A stretch of DNA of 64,000 nucleotides, taken from an uncultured bacterium. Lineage in GTDB: Bacteria; Patescibacteriota; Minisyncoccia; UBA6257; 2-01-FULL-56-20. The notes under the pieces were generated by a model. That model made no database searches. It worked only from the letters and a program-made list of their open reading frames with translations, and had not been told where the DNA came from. Shown piece by piece: positions 19,182-28,043 of the stretch; position 1 is the first letter of the stretch, and the number at the start of each line of letters is the position of its first letter. Both the position numbers and the translations under genes were made by a program. The stretch lies in contig OY970126.1 in NCBI GenBank assembly GCA_963705915.1, positions 751,893 through 815,892 on the forward strand, written 5' to 3'.

Positions 19182-19949
19182 ATGGAGCACGACGAACATA
19201 CCGAAGAACGGGCAGCCGAGACGAATGCGGAGCCAAAAAAAGATCGATTTTTACCCATCAGCATTTTGATTGCCGCAGTGGTCATTGGCGGCTCGGTTCT
19301 CTTTGCAAGCCTCTACCACCCTGCCGCACAATCAACTGCCGGAACGGGCGGGGATAGCGGTGCGACTTCCACGGCGACGCTCACGCCGGCGCAGATTATG
19401 ACGCTCGGTCCGCGCGATGCAATTCTCGGCAGCCCGAATGCGCCGGTGACCATGATCGAATACGGCGACTACCAGTGTCCGTTCTGCGGCATGTTCTTCT
19501 CGCAAACCGAACCGGAGATTGTCCAAAACTACGTGAACACCGGCAAGGTGAAAATGGTATTCCGCAACTTCCCGTTCCTCGGTCCGGAATCGACGGCAGC
19601 GGCGGAAGCTGCGGAATGTGCCGAAGATCAGAACAAACTTTGGGTTTATCACGACGCTCTCTATCAAGCAAAGGTGAATGACGTCGCCAGGGGTGGGAGC
19701 GAGGACGATGGCTACTTCACGAACGCGCTATTCCTCTCGCTTGCCCAAAAATTGGATTTGGATATGCCGACATTCACCAACTGCGTGGATAACAATCTTG
19801 ACTCAAGCACCGTGGCGACCGACGTCACAAATGCGAGCGCCGCCGGCGTGAATTCAACGCCAACATTCTTCATCAACGGAACCGAAGTTTCCGGTGCAGA
19901 GCCATACGCAACGTTCTCGCAGGTGATCGACGCAGCGCTCAAGAGCTGA
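19182..19949 (+). CDS. DsbA-family thiol:disulfide oxidoreductase with N-terminal membrane anchor
   Basis: CPFC active site (YGDYQCPFCGMF) in a thioredoxin fold; TM segment ISILIAAVVIGGSVLFASL; start chosen at the internal Met. Confidence 0.7.
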   Translation: MEHDEHTEERAAETNAEPKKDRFLPISILIAAVVIGGSVLFASLYHPAAQSTAGTGGDSGATSTATLTPAQIMTLGPRDAILGSPNAPVTMIEYGDYQCPFCGMFFSQTEPEIVQNYVNTGKVKMVFRNFPFLGPESTAAAEAAECAEDQNKLWVYHDALYQAKVNDVARGGSEDDGYFTNALFLSLAQKLDLDMPTFTNCVDNNLDSSTVATDVTNASAAGVNSTPTFFINGTEVSGAEPYATFSQVIDAALKS

Positions 19950-19977
19950 CCGAGGTTCCCGCCGTATTTACGTGGGC

Positions 19978-20017
19978 TTGACATATAAGCATATACGCAT
20001 ATAATGATGATATGCGT
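19978..20017 (+). promoter_or_regulatory. sigma70-like promoter (TTGACA-16-TATAAT) overlapped by an 8-7-8 inverted repeat (ACGCATAT-N7-ATATGCGT); candidate ArsR autoregulatory operator
   Basis: TTGACA 19978-19983, TATAAT 20000-20005, inverted repeat 19995-20017 overlapping the -10 and the start codon of the ArsR gene. Confidence 0.5.
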
Positions 20018-20314
20018 GATAATTGCAAAGAAATTGAACGGTTCGGCAAGGGCATTGGCAACGCTTCGCGGTATCGCATCGTCCAAGCCTTGCTCAAAGG
20101 GGAAAAGACGGTCGGCGAGCTCGTAAAGATCGCCAAACTCAGCCAGCCGGCGGTTTCCCAGCATTTGAAAACCCTCAAGGCGTGTAACTTAGTGGTTGAC
20201 GAACGGCGGGGTCAAGAAGTTTTTTATTCTGTAAACGGAGAATACTTACTTGAACTGCTCGCACGCCTGTCGAGCGATGCGAGGCCGGCAAAGGTAGCCG
20301 GTAAAAATAAATAA
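20012..20314 (+). CDS. ArsR/SmtB-family metalloregulatory transcriptional repressor
   Basis: 100 aa winged-HTH; ..LSQPAVSQHLK.L......V...R.G.EV.Y signature. Confidence 0.8.
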   Translation: MRDNCKEIERFGKGIGNASRYRIVQALLKGEKTVGELVKIAKLSQPAVSQHLKTLKACNLVVDERRGQEVFYSVNGEYLLELLARLSSDARPAKVAGKNK

Positions 20315-20320
20315 CATACC

Positions 20321-20905
20321 ATGATCACTATAAAAGTAATTATCGGGAGCACGCGCCCGGGGCGCTTCAGCGAAAAACCGGCGCAATGGATTTTTGAAGA
20401 AGCCAAAAAACTTTCGGATACGAACGTTGAACTTCTCGACCTTCGTGATTACCCGATGCCATTTTTCGATGAAGCGATATCGCCAAGCGCAAAGAAGGAA
20501 CCGTTTGCAAATCCAGCAGTTGCAGCGTGGACCAAGAAGATCGCGGAAGGGGACGCTTTTATTGTCGTCACGCCTGAATACAACCATGGGCCGTCAGCAG
20601 TGCTCAAAAACGCCATCGATTATGTTGGTCCGGAATGGAACAAGAAGCCGATTGGCTATGTGGGGTATGGCAGCGTGCTTGGCGGCCGCGCCATCGAAAT
20701 GTTGCGCCTTTCGGCCGTCGAATTGCAGATGGCGCCGATCCGGCAGGGGATTTTTATTCCGATCGCCGTCTATCAAGCGGTTTCAAAGGAACCAACGCCC
20801 GTGAAGCCTGAGTTCTTTGAACCGTTGGCAGCAGTAAAAGATATGTTCCTTGCGCAGCTTATGTGGTGGGCGAAGGCGCTCAAAACGGCGCGGGATGCGG
20901 GGTAG
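20321..20905 (+). CDS. NADPH-dependent FMN reductase family flavoprotein (ArsH/FMN_red-like)
   Basis: Flavodoxin-like: KVIIGSTRPGRFSEK...VTPEYNHGPSAVLKNAIDY; 7-nt gap after the ArsR gene. Confidence 0.7.
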   Translation: MITIKVIIGSTRPGRFSEKPAQWIFEEAKKLSDTNVELLDLRDYPMPFFDEAISPSAKKEPFANPAVAAWTKKIAEGDAFIVVTPEYNHGPSAVLKNAIDYVGPEWNKKPIGYVGYGSVLGGRAIEMLRLSAVELQMAPIRQGIFIPIAVYQAVSKEPTPVKPEFFEPLAAVKDMFLAQLMWWAKALKTARDAG

Positions 20906-20940
20906 ATGTCGGATTGATTTGGCCATGGCTCCCGCGTAGA

Positions 20941-21156
20941 ATGACGTATATGGCCAAATCGTGGACGTTATTCGCCGTCGGTGTCTGGGTTCTCATCTCG
21001 CCGTGGCTTCTCGGGTTCGCTGACATTTCAATCATGAAGTGGAGCAATCTGATCTGCGGCACGATGCTCATCGTGATCACGGTCTGGGATCTCTTCGGCG
21101 AAAGGTCGGTTGTCGAAGGTTCTCGCGAGGGCACATCAACCGAAAAAAGCAAATAA
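20941..21156 (+). CDS. SPW-repeat small membrane protein
   Basis: Two hydrophobic helices, each ending in an S-P-W / W-D motif (LISPWLLGF; ITVWDLFG); start uncertain (20941 or 20950). Confidence 0.45.
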   Translation: MTYMAKSWTLFAVGVWVLISPWLLGFADISIMKWSNLICGTMLIVITVWDLFGERSVVEGSREGTSTEKSK

Positions 21157-21181
21157 CATTTAATATATTTTAAACAAAACT

Positions 21182-21433
21182 ATGGCAACAGCACAGCACA
21201 AAGTGACCATCTACAGCACGCCGACATGCGTGTACTGCAAAATGGCAAAAGAATTTTTTGCGAAGAACGGTGTTTCATATGAGGAGTACAATGTGGCTTC
21301 GGATATGAAAGCGCGCGAAGCGATGGTTGAAAAATCGCAGCAGTTGGGCGTTCCGGTTATCGAGGTCGATGACAATATTATTATTGGCTTCGATCAGAAG
21401 ACCTTGGAACACGTTCTTGAGCTCAAGAAATAA
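21182..21433 (+). CDS. glutaredoxin-like protein (NrdH/Grx family)
   Basis: 83 aa, CVYC redox motif near the N-terminus, thioredoxin-fold pattern. Confidence 0.75.
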   Translation: MATAQHKVTIYSTPTCVYCKMAKEFFAKNGVSYEEYNVASDMKAREAMVEKSQQLGVPVIEVDDNIIIGFDQKTLEHVLELKK

Positions 21434-21460
21434 GACATGAGGAAGCATACGCTTTAATTC

Positions 21461-22396
21461 ATGACTTATGACCTTGTCATCATCGGCGGTGGACCCGGCG
21501 GAGTTGCCGCGGGCGTTTACGCTGCGCGCAAAAAAATGAAGACCGTTTTGATCACGGATAGTTTTGGCGGACAGTCGCTTAATTCTGCAGGGATCGAAAA
21601 CTGGATTGGCACCAAAAATATTTCCGGCTTCGATTTGGCGAAAGCGCTCGAAGAACATGTGCGTGCCCAGCCAGAAATAGAAATCATCGCGCCCGATCTC
21701 GCTCAAAAAATAGAAAAGAAAGACCTCGGTATCCCCGACGGTGGGTTTTTGGTTACCACGCAGGGCGGCAAAACATTTGAAACGAAATACGTTTTGATCA
21801 CCGCTGGCAGCCGCCGTAAACGCCTCGGCGTTCCGGGCGAGGACGCCTTCGACGGCAAGGGCGTGGTTTTTTGCACGACATGCGACGCGCCTTTGTTCGG
21901 AGGGAAGACCGTTGCGGTTGTGGGGGGCGGCAATTCGGCGCTCGAGAGCGTTCTCGACCTCATTCCCTACGCCTCAAAAATTTACCTCATCGTCCGCTCC
22001 GATGTTTTAAGGGGCGATCCCGTTTCTCAGGAAAAAGTGAAGAGCCATCCGCAGGTCCAGATTTTATGGAACACCACCATCGAGGAGATCCGCGGCGACA
22101 AATTCGTGACCGGCGTCCGCTACAAGAATGCGCAAACCGGCGAAGTGAAAGAACTCGCGCTCGACGGCGTTTTTGTTGAGGTTGGCCTCACGCCGAACTC
22201 CGATTTTGCAAAAGGTTTGCTCGAGATCGAGCAATATGGCCACATCCATGTTGACCACCAAACCCAGGCAACGTCTTGTCCGGGCATTTGGGCGGCGGGA
22301 GATGTGACCGACGGCCTCTACCAGCAAAACAACATCTCGGTGGGCGATTCCATCAAGGCAGTTTTGAATATCTACGACAAGGTTAAAAAATCATAA
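21461..22396 (+). CDS. trxB: thioredoxin-disulfide reductase
   Basis: GGGPGG FAD motif, CTTCDAPLF redox-active CxxC, second GGGNSA NADPH motif; 311 aa. Confidence 0.85.
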   Translation: MTYDLVIIGGGPGGVAAGVYAARKKMKTVLITDSFGGQSLNSAGIENWIGTKNISGFDLAKALEEHVRAQPEIEIIAPDLAQKIEKKDLGIPDGGFLVTTQGGKTFETKYVLITAGSRRKRLGVPGEDAFDGKGVVFCTTCDAPLFGGKTVAVVGGGNSALESVLDLIPYASKIYLIVRSDVLRGDPVSQEKVKSHPQVQILWNTTIEEIRGDKFVTGVRYKNAQTGEVKELALDGVFVEVGLTPNSDFAKGLLEIEQYGHIHVDHQTQATSCPGIWAAGDVTDGLYQQNNISVGDSIKAVLNIYDKVKKS

Positions 22397-22404
22397 CGTT
22401 GGAC

Positions 22405-22432
22405 TTGACGGGCTCGTATTCGCGAATATAAT
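22405..22432 (+). promoter_or_regulatory. groES promoter (TTGACG-16-TATAAT)
   Basis: -35 at 22405-22410, -10 at 22427-22432, directly upstream of CIRCE. Confidence 0.7.
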
Positions 22433-22438
22433 TCCTAA

Positions 22439-22465
22439 TTGGCACTCTTTAGTCGGGAGTGCTAA
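22439..22465 (+). promoter_or_regulatory. CIRCE (HrcA operator) inverted repeat TTGGCACTC-N9-GAGTGCTAA
   Basis: Matches the CIRCE consensus TTAGCACTC-N9-GAGTGCTAA at 17/18 positions; lies between the promoter and groES. Confidence 0.85.
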
Positions 22466-22481
22466 ACTAGCTAAAGTTTTT

Positions 22482-22772
22482 ATGAACGTAAAACCAATAT
22501 CGAACCACGTGTTTCTCGAACCGCTCGAAGAAGAGAAAACAACCGCGAGCGGCATCGTTCTGCCCGATAGCGCTGAAAAAGAAAAACCAGTGAAGGGCAA
22601 AGTGCTTGCCGTCGGCCCAGGCAAAATCCAGGAGAACGGCAGCATCCGCCCGATGGCAGTGAATGTCGGCGACGTCGTGCTGTTTAAAAAATACGGACCG
22701 GATGAAGTTGAGATCGAAGGGAAAAAATATTTGGTCGGCGACGAAGACGACATTTTGGCAGTATTGCAGTAG
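22482..22772 (+). CDS. groES: co-chaperonin GroES
   Basis: 96 aa, canonical GroES sequence (..LEPLEEE..T.SGIVLPD.A.EKP..G.V.AVG.G). Confidence 0.95.
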   Translation: MNVKPISNHVFLEPLEEEKTTASGIVLPDSAEKEKPVKGKVLAVGPGKIQENGSIRPMAVNVGDVVLFKKYGPDEVEIEGKKYLVGDEDDILAVLQ

Positions 22773-22793
22773 AGCTGATTGCACAAAAATCAA

Positions 22794-22825
22794 TTCGTAT
22801 ATTCGTAAAAATTCGTAATTTCGTA
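22794..22825 (+). repeat. four phased TTCGTA(A/T) direct repeats (8-10 bp period) in the groES-groEL spacer
   Basis: TTCGTA at 22794, 22802, 22812 and 22820. Confidence 0.6.
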
Positions 22826-22832
22826 AACTACC

Positions 22833-24497
22833 ATGGCTAAACAAATAAAATTCAACGAAGACGCTCGCGCGGCGATCAAGAAGGGTATCGACAAACTCGC
22901 GGAAGCAGTAAGGATGACGCTCGGTCCCCGTGGCCGCGCCGTTGTGATCGAAAAAGGCTACGGTGCACCGCAGGTTACTTTCGACGGTGTGACCGTTGCG
23001 AAAGAAATAGAATTTGAGGACAAATGGGAAAATGTCGGCGCGGAATTCATCAAGCAGGCGGCTGATAAAACGAACGATGTTGCGGGCGATGGCACCACGA
23101 CCGCAACGGTTCTCGCACATGCGATGATTGACGAAGGCGAAAAAGTGATCCGCGAAAAAGGATTCAACGTGATCCAGCTCGCCACCGAATTGAAACAGGC
23201 TGGAGATTTGATCGTGAACGGCCTCACGGGACAGCGCGAACTTATCAATGACAACAAGAAGATTAAGGAAGTCGCGACGCTTTCCGCGAAAGATCCGGAA
23301 ATCGGCCAACTGATCGCAACCGTCATGGAAAAGATCGGAAAAGAAGGCGTTGTGACCGTTGAAGATTCGAATACGATCGGCAACTCATTCGAAATCGTAG
23401 AAGGTATGCAGTTCGACAAGGGTTATGTTTCGGCCTATATGGTCTCGAACCAGGAACGGATGGAAGCGGTTCTCGAAGACCCCTATGTTCTCGTGACCGA
23501 CAAGAAAATTTCTTCGATCCAGGAAATTTTGCAGCTTCTCGAAAAAATTGTGACTAGCGGCAAGAAAGAACTTGTGATCATCGCCGATGACGTTGAAGGT
23601 GAAGCCCTTGCAACCCTCATTCTGAACAAACTCCGCGGCGTTTTCAATGTGCTTGCCGTGAAAGCTCCGGGTTTCGGTGATCGGAAGAAAGAAATGCTAC
23701 AAGACATTGCGGTGGTGACCGGAGCGCAATATATCTCGGACGAGCTCGGCAAGAAATTGGAAAACGTGGACATTACGGACCTTGGCCGCGCCCATCGTGT
23801 GGTTTCAACAAAAGACGCGACGACGATTGTTGGTGGCAAAGGAGAGAAGAAAGACATCGACAGCCGCGTTGCCCAGATCAAAGCGCAAATCAAAAAAACC
23901 GAATCGGATTTTGATAAAGAAAAATTGCAAGAGCGCCTTGGTAAACTTTCCGGCGGTGTCGCCGTGATAAAAGTCGGCGCTCCAGCCGAATCTGCGCAGA
24001 AAGAATTGAAGCAGCGCGTGGAAGACGCGGTCTCCGCAACGCGTGCAGCGATGGAAGAAGGCATCGTGCCTGGCGGCGGCATCGCGCTATTCAATCTCAC
24101 GCTCACCGGAAACTCAGACAAAGGCAAGCACAACGAAGTTATCTTTCTTGAAGTTTTGCGGATCATCAATCATGCGCTTCAGGCGCCGTTGCGGGCCATT
24201 GTGATGAATAGCGGCGAATCCGCCGACCGCGTGGTGGAGGAGCTGAAGAGGACCAAGAAAGACAGCAAGGATCATTTTTGGATCGGGTTCAATGCCGTCA
24301 CGAATGAGATCGGCGATTTGAAAGAAGCCGGCATCATCGATCCGCTCAAGGTTACGAAGATGGCATTCACGAACGCCATCTCCGTGGCCGCGAACTATCT
24401 CACGGTTGGAGCAGCGATAACGAATATCCCTGAGAAGAAATCATCGATGGGCGGTGGAATGCCAGGCGGTATGCCCGATATGGGAGGGGATTATTAG
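22833..24497 (+). CDS. groEL: chaperonin GroEL
   Basis: 554 aa, canonical GroEL sequence including the C-terminal GGM repeat tail (MGGGMPGGMPDMGG). Confidence 0.95.
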   Translation: MAKQIKFNEDARAAIKKGIDKLAEAVRMTLGPRGRAVVIEKGYGAPQVTFDGVTVAKEIEFEDKWENVGAEFIKQAADKTNDVAGDGTTTATVLAHAMIDEGEKVIREKGFNVIQLATELKQAGDLIVNGLTGQRELINDNKKIKEVATLSAKDPEIGQLIATVMEKIGKEGVVTVEDSNTIGNSFEIVEGMQFDKGYVSAYMVSNQERMEAVLEDPYVLVTDKKISSIQEILQLLEKIVTSGKKELVIIADDVEGEALATLILNKLRGVFNVLAVKAPGFGDRKKEMLQDIAVVTGAQYISDELGKKLENVDITDLGRAHRVVSTKDATTIVGGKGEKKDIDSRVAQIKAQIKKTESDFDKEKLQERLGKLSGGVAVIKVGAPAESAQKELKQRVEDAVSATRAAMEEGIVPGGGIALFNLTLTGNSDKGKHNEVIFLEVLRIINHALQAPLRAIVMNSGESADRVVEELKRTKKDSKDHFWIGFNAVTNEIGDLKEAGIIDPLKVTKMAFTNAISVAANYLTVGAAITNIPEKKSSMGGGMPGGMPDMGGDY

Positions 24498-24507
24498 GGG
24501 GAGGGGC

Positions 24508-24535
24508 TTGACAAATACGGTGCATATGCTATCAT
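24508..24535 (+). promoter_or_regulatory. sigma70-like promoter (TTGACA-16-TATCAT) downstream of groEL
   Basis: -35 at 24508-24513, -10 at 24530-24535. Confidence 0.5.
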
Positions 24536-24603
24536 TGCACTTAGTTGTCGGCTGCAGGCCTTTAGTAAATCCTACGCCCGCAGTCGCTTTGGAAAGGAAA
24601 ACC

Positions 24604-24720
24604 ATGTACAAAAACATGCATAGCCCCCCGGTGGTTTCGGGTGCGGACATGAACCACTATTATGGCAACGTGATCGACTGCAACACCATCGGCACCGGCA
24701 AGGGCAACACCCTGGGCTGA
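24604..24720 (+). CDS. hypothetical 38-aa peptide (MYKNMHSPPVVSGADMNHYYGNVIDCNTIGTGKGNTLG)
   Basis: ATG preceded by GGAAAGGAAA (Shine-Dalgarno) and an upstream consensus promoter; no recognisable family. Confidence 0.3.
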   Translation: MYKNMHSPPVVSGADMNHYYGNVIDCNTIGTGKGNTLG

Positions 24721-24916
24721 CGCACCGCCGGCGGCCCGCCCTTGAGCGGCAACTCCCTCATAACCCTCCGTAGTTAGGGGAAGGTTGCCGGATGTTGATA
24801 TATTCGGCCGGGCCCGGAGTGGTGCATGAGCACGCGTTGACTCTTTATCTTATTCGGCTGGCGCGCACGCTCACTTACAGAAAGAAGAAGTACATGAATG
24901 TTTCGTGAAAAACAAG

Positions 24917-24943
24917 GGCACGCCTCCAAAACGTGCCTTTTTT
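24917..24943. terminator. bidirectional rho-independent terminator (GGCACG-loop-CGTGCC flanked by A-run and T-run)
   Basis: Perfect 6-bp stem at 24917-24922 / 24932-24937, T-run 24938-24943, A-run upstream; lies after the stop (24972) of the minus-strand gene. Confidence 0.6.
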
Positions 24944-24971
24944 GTTCCTTCGTGGCATACAGAAACCGCCC

Positions 24972-25700
24972 TTATTGAGGGCGGTGGATGAAGCGATACA
25001 TTGCTGATTTCTGCCACACTGCCAAATCTTCCGGGGTGTGGATACAGAACCATGGATAATCTCCAACGGAAGCTAAGATAGTTTCTCCGGCTTTCTGAGC
25101 GTAAGGAAGGAATTCGGAGGTTGGATAGGCGGGGTTTCTATCTACTTGTGATAGGAAAGAAAAAATGGGAGGCCGGAAGTAATAGATCCCCATACCGGTC
25201 GGAGCATTTTCAAGATCGAATTTCAAGCCGTGCACTTCTTTCACGGTGCAGGTTCCCGGGAAAAGCACGATTTGAGGATGGGTCGCAGCGAAATCTCGGA
25301 TGGTGCTGGCGAGCATAACGGAGACGGTTCGCGGATGAGTTGCAGCAGTTTGGATCAGTCCTTCCAGGTATTCTTTGGGGAAAATGCAATCGCCGCCTGC
25401 ATAGATAAAATCTTCGGAGATGACGTGTTGCAGTTTGAGGATCGCTGAGATTTGACCCTCTTCACCGCCGAAATATTCGGCTACATTACATTCTTTAGCC
25501 TTCCGGACAACATATTCCTGAACTTGTTCTCGATGAAATCCGCTTAGGACAATGATTTCCTCAATGCCAATTTGCAGGAATGCATCGATAGTGTATTCTA
25601 AGATGGGTTTTCCTTCGACACGAATCAGACACTTTTGAATCTCAGGATGTTTGAAGCGAATGCCTTTGCCTCCAGCTGCGATTACGCCGATTCTGACCAT
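24972..25700 (-). CDS. sugar-phosphate nucleotidyltransferase-like protein (NTP_transferase fold)
   Basis: MVRIGVIAAGGKGIRFK..KCL N-terminal nucleotide-binding signature; lower-GC segment. Confidence 0.65.
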   Translation of the reverse strand: MVRIGVIAAGGKGIRFKHPEIQKCLIRVEGKPILEYTIDAFLQIGIEEIIVLSGFHREQVQEYVVRKAKECNVAEYFGGEEGQISAILKLQHVISEDFIYAGGDCIFPKEYLEGLIQTAATHPRTVSVMLASTIRDFAATHPQIVLFPGTCTVKEVHGLKFDLENAPTGMGIYYFRPPIFSFLSQVDRNPAYPTSEFLPYAQKAGETILASVGDYPWFCIHTPEDLAVWQKSAMYRFIHRPQ

Positions 25701-25738
25701 AGGTCCCTCCGATAAAAGCTATAAGGATATTAATAATC

Positions 25739-26191
25739 ATGGGCTTGGAAGTCAAACAGATTATCCCTTTTTTCGACAGTCCATACGTGATCTACGAAGG
25801 AGTTTTTTGGAACATAATCTTGCATCGCGATAACCAATCGTACCTTGGAAGATCAATCGTATATTTGAAGAATAGAGTTATCGACGATCCATTATTACTG
25901 ACCCAGCAGGAACGAGAAGAGCTATGGGTTGACCTTCTCCCCAGACTGGCTAGCGCATTAAAGGCTTCCTTTCACCCTGATAGGATCAATTATTCACACC
26001 TAGCAAATATCGAGCATTTTGTGCATTGGCATATCATTCCTAGATATGAAAAGGATCCCAAAAGGGAATTCGACGGGGAGATATTCGAAGACGAACGAGT
26101 AGGTGGACATTGGGCTCCAGCGCCCAAGAAGGAGATTCCTCAAGAAACTATGGGTAAGATTTACCTTACGATCAAAAATAATTTTAAGTAA
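25739..26191 (+). CDS. HIT-family (histidine triad) hydrolase/nucleotidyltransferase
   Basis: Histidine triad HFVHWHIIPRY; 150 aa; divergent from the NTP-transferase gene. Confidence 0.7.
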   Translation: MGLEVKQIIPFFDSPYVIYEGVFWNIILHRDNQSYLGRSIVYLKNRVIDDPLLLTQQEREELWVDLLPRLASALKASFHPDRINYSHLANIEHFVHWHIIPRYEKDPKREFDGEIFEDERVGGHWAPAPKKEIPQETMGKIYLTIKNNFK

Positions 26192-26325
26192 CGATCTCGT
26201 ATTACTTCCGCGACAACAGAGGTTAAGATGGGGGAAGCGAAATTACTCCCTTTTCTTTTGCACCCAAACTGACCGTTCGTTCGTACTCATATTGCATTTT
26301 CCCCTAAATTTTATATAATACTCAC

Positions 26326-26877
26326 ATGCTTGGATGGATCATTTTGGCAATCGTAGTCCTCATTCTCATTATCATCGTGGCCATGTTCAACGGCCTCGTC
26401 CGTTTGCGCACTCGAGCTCAGGAAGGCTGGTCGGACATCGACGTTCAGCTCAAGCGCCGCTACGACCTCATCCCGAACCTTGTTGAATCGGTGAAGGGCT
26501 ACGCTTCGCACGAAAAGACGGTTTTTGAAGATGTCACGAAGGCTCGCTCAATGGCGATGCAGGCAAGCGGCCCCGGAAAGGCTGCCGCCGAAAATCAGCT
26601 TTCGCAAACACTTAAATCTTTGTTCGCTGTCGCTGAAAATTACCCTCAGCTCAAGGCGAACGAGAACTTCTTGAATTTGCAGAACGAACTCACCGATACC
26701 GAAGACAAAATTCAGGCCGCCCGCCGTTTCTACAACGGCATGGTGCGCGACTTGAACACGAAGATCCAAACGTTCCCGTCAAACCTCATCGCGAGCTCAT
26801 TCAACTTCAAGCCGATGCAGTTCTTCGGCGATGACATGACAGCAGAAGAGCGGCAGCCGGTGAAGGTGCAGTTTTAA
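26326..26877 (+). CDS. LemA family protein
   Basis: N-terminal TM helix then conserved LemA core (..R.Q..W...D..L.RR.DLIPNLV..VKGYA.HE); paired with HtpX as is common. Confidence 0.85.
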   Translation: MLGWIILAIVVLILIIIVAMFNGLVRLRTRAQEGWSDIDVQLKRRYDLIPNLVESVKGYASHEKTVFEDVTKARSMAMQASGPGKAAAENQLSQTLKSLFAVAENYPQLKANENFLNLQNELTDTEDKIQAARRFYNGMVRDLNTKIQTFPSNLIASSFNFKPMQFFGDDMTAEERQPVKVQF

Positions 26878-27785
26878 TGGCTACCACTAACCTCTATTCA
26901 CTTCAAAGTTCGAATGTCCGGAAGACGTGGCTCATGTTCATCGTCTTCTTTTTGGTTGTCGGTGCGATCGGGTATGTGATTTCTGCATATTACGGCGATC
27001 CGAGCTTTCTCATTTTTGCCGTCATTTTCAGTGTGGTGTATTCGCTCATCAGTTATTATTCTTCGGCAAAAATTGCATTGAAGATGGCGCGCGCGCAGGA
27101 AATTACAAAGCAGGACAATCCGTTGCTATGGAACATCGTCGAAAATCTTTCGATCGAAGAAGGATTGCCGATGCCCAAGCTTTATATCACGCCCGAAATG
27201 CAGATTAATGCGTTTGCAACGGGGCGCGACCCGAAGCACTCCGCTGTTGCCGTGACGCAGGGCGCGCTCCAGCGTTTGAATAAGACGGAGCTTGAGGGCG
27301 TCCTCGCACACGAGATGTCGCATGTTCGCAATCGTGATATCTTGGTTTCAACGGTCGCCGCCATTCTCGCCGGTATCATTGCATTCATCGCCGATATCTT
27401 CCTCCGATCGTTCATGTTCGGCGGCATTGGCGGTGGGAGGGGACGGAACAGCGAAGCAAGCGGTATCTTTTTGCTTTTCGCTATCGTACTTTCCATTCTC
27501 GCACCGATTGGCACGATGCTCATCCAGCTCGCCATTTCTCGTCGCCGCGAGGCGCTCGCCGATGCGTCCGGCGTGATGCTCACGCGCTATCCGCAAGGGC
27601 TCATTTCCGCTTTGCAAAAAATCCAACAGGACACCACGCCAATGCGCTCCGCAAAAGATTCAACCGCGCATATGTGGATCGATACGCCGTTCAAGGGTCA
27701 GCATGTTTCGTGGTGGCACAAAATTTGGATGACCCATCCGCCGATCGAAGAACGCATTGCCGCGCTCGAGAAACTTGCGATGTAG
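26877..27785 (+). CDS. htpX: M48-family zinc metalloprotease HtpX
   Basis: HEMSHV (HExxH) zinc motif, four TM segments, HtpX-like C-terminus; ATGG overlap with lemA. Confidence 0.85.
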   Translation: MATTNLYSLQSSNVRKTWLMFIVFFLVVGAIGYVISAYYGDPSFLIFAVIFSVVYSLISYYSSAKIALKMARAQEITKQDNPLLWNIVENLSIEEGLPMPKLYITPEMQINAFATGRDPKHSAVAVTQGALQRLNKTELEGVLAHEMSHVRNRDILVSTVAAILAGIIAFIADIFLRSFMFGGIGGGRGRNSEASGIFLLFAIVLSILAPIGTMLIQLAISRRREALADASGVMLTRYPQGLISALQKIQQDTTPMRSAKDSTAHMWIDTPFKGQHVSWWHKIWMTHPPIEERIAALEKLAM

Positions 27786-27818
27786 CCCCTTTCGGGGCAC
27801 AATGATTGGCGAAACCCT

Positions 27819-27905
27819 GGAGAGGTGCGCGAGCGGCTGAAACGGCGATCCTGGAAAGATCGTGTGTCAGAAATGGCACCGAGGGTTCGAATCCCTCCCT
27901 CTCCG
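27819..27905 (+). tRNA. tRNA-Ser (anticodon GGA), class II with long variable arm
   Basis: Acceptor GGAGAGG/CCTCTCC, anticodon stem CGATC/GATCG with loop CTGGAAA, T-arm GAGGG-TTCGAAT-CCCTC; no encoded CCA. Confidence 0.85.
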
Positions 27906-28043
27906 CGTCAAGTATGTTGGGCAAATTCTCGTAAGTCTCATTTTAGCTGATTAATTTCAGGGTCGACTTTCTCGTCAAGGTTGATAAAGTGGCATCGAAT
28001 AAAATATCCCCACGATTTCTCGTGGGGATTCAACTTTTAATTC

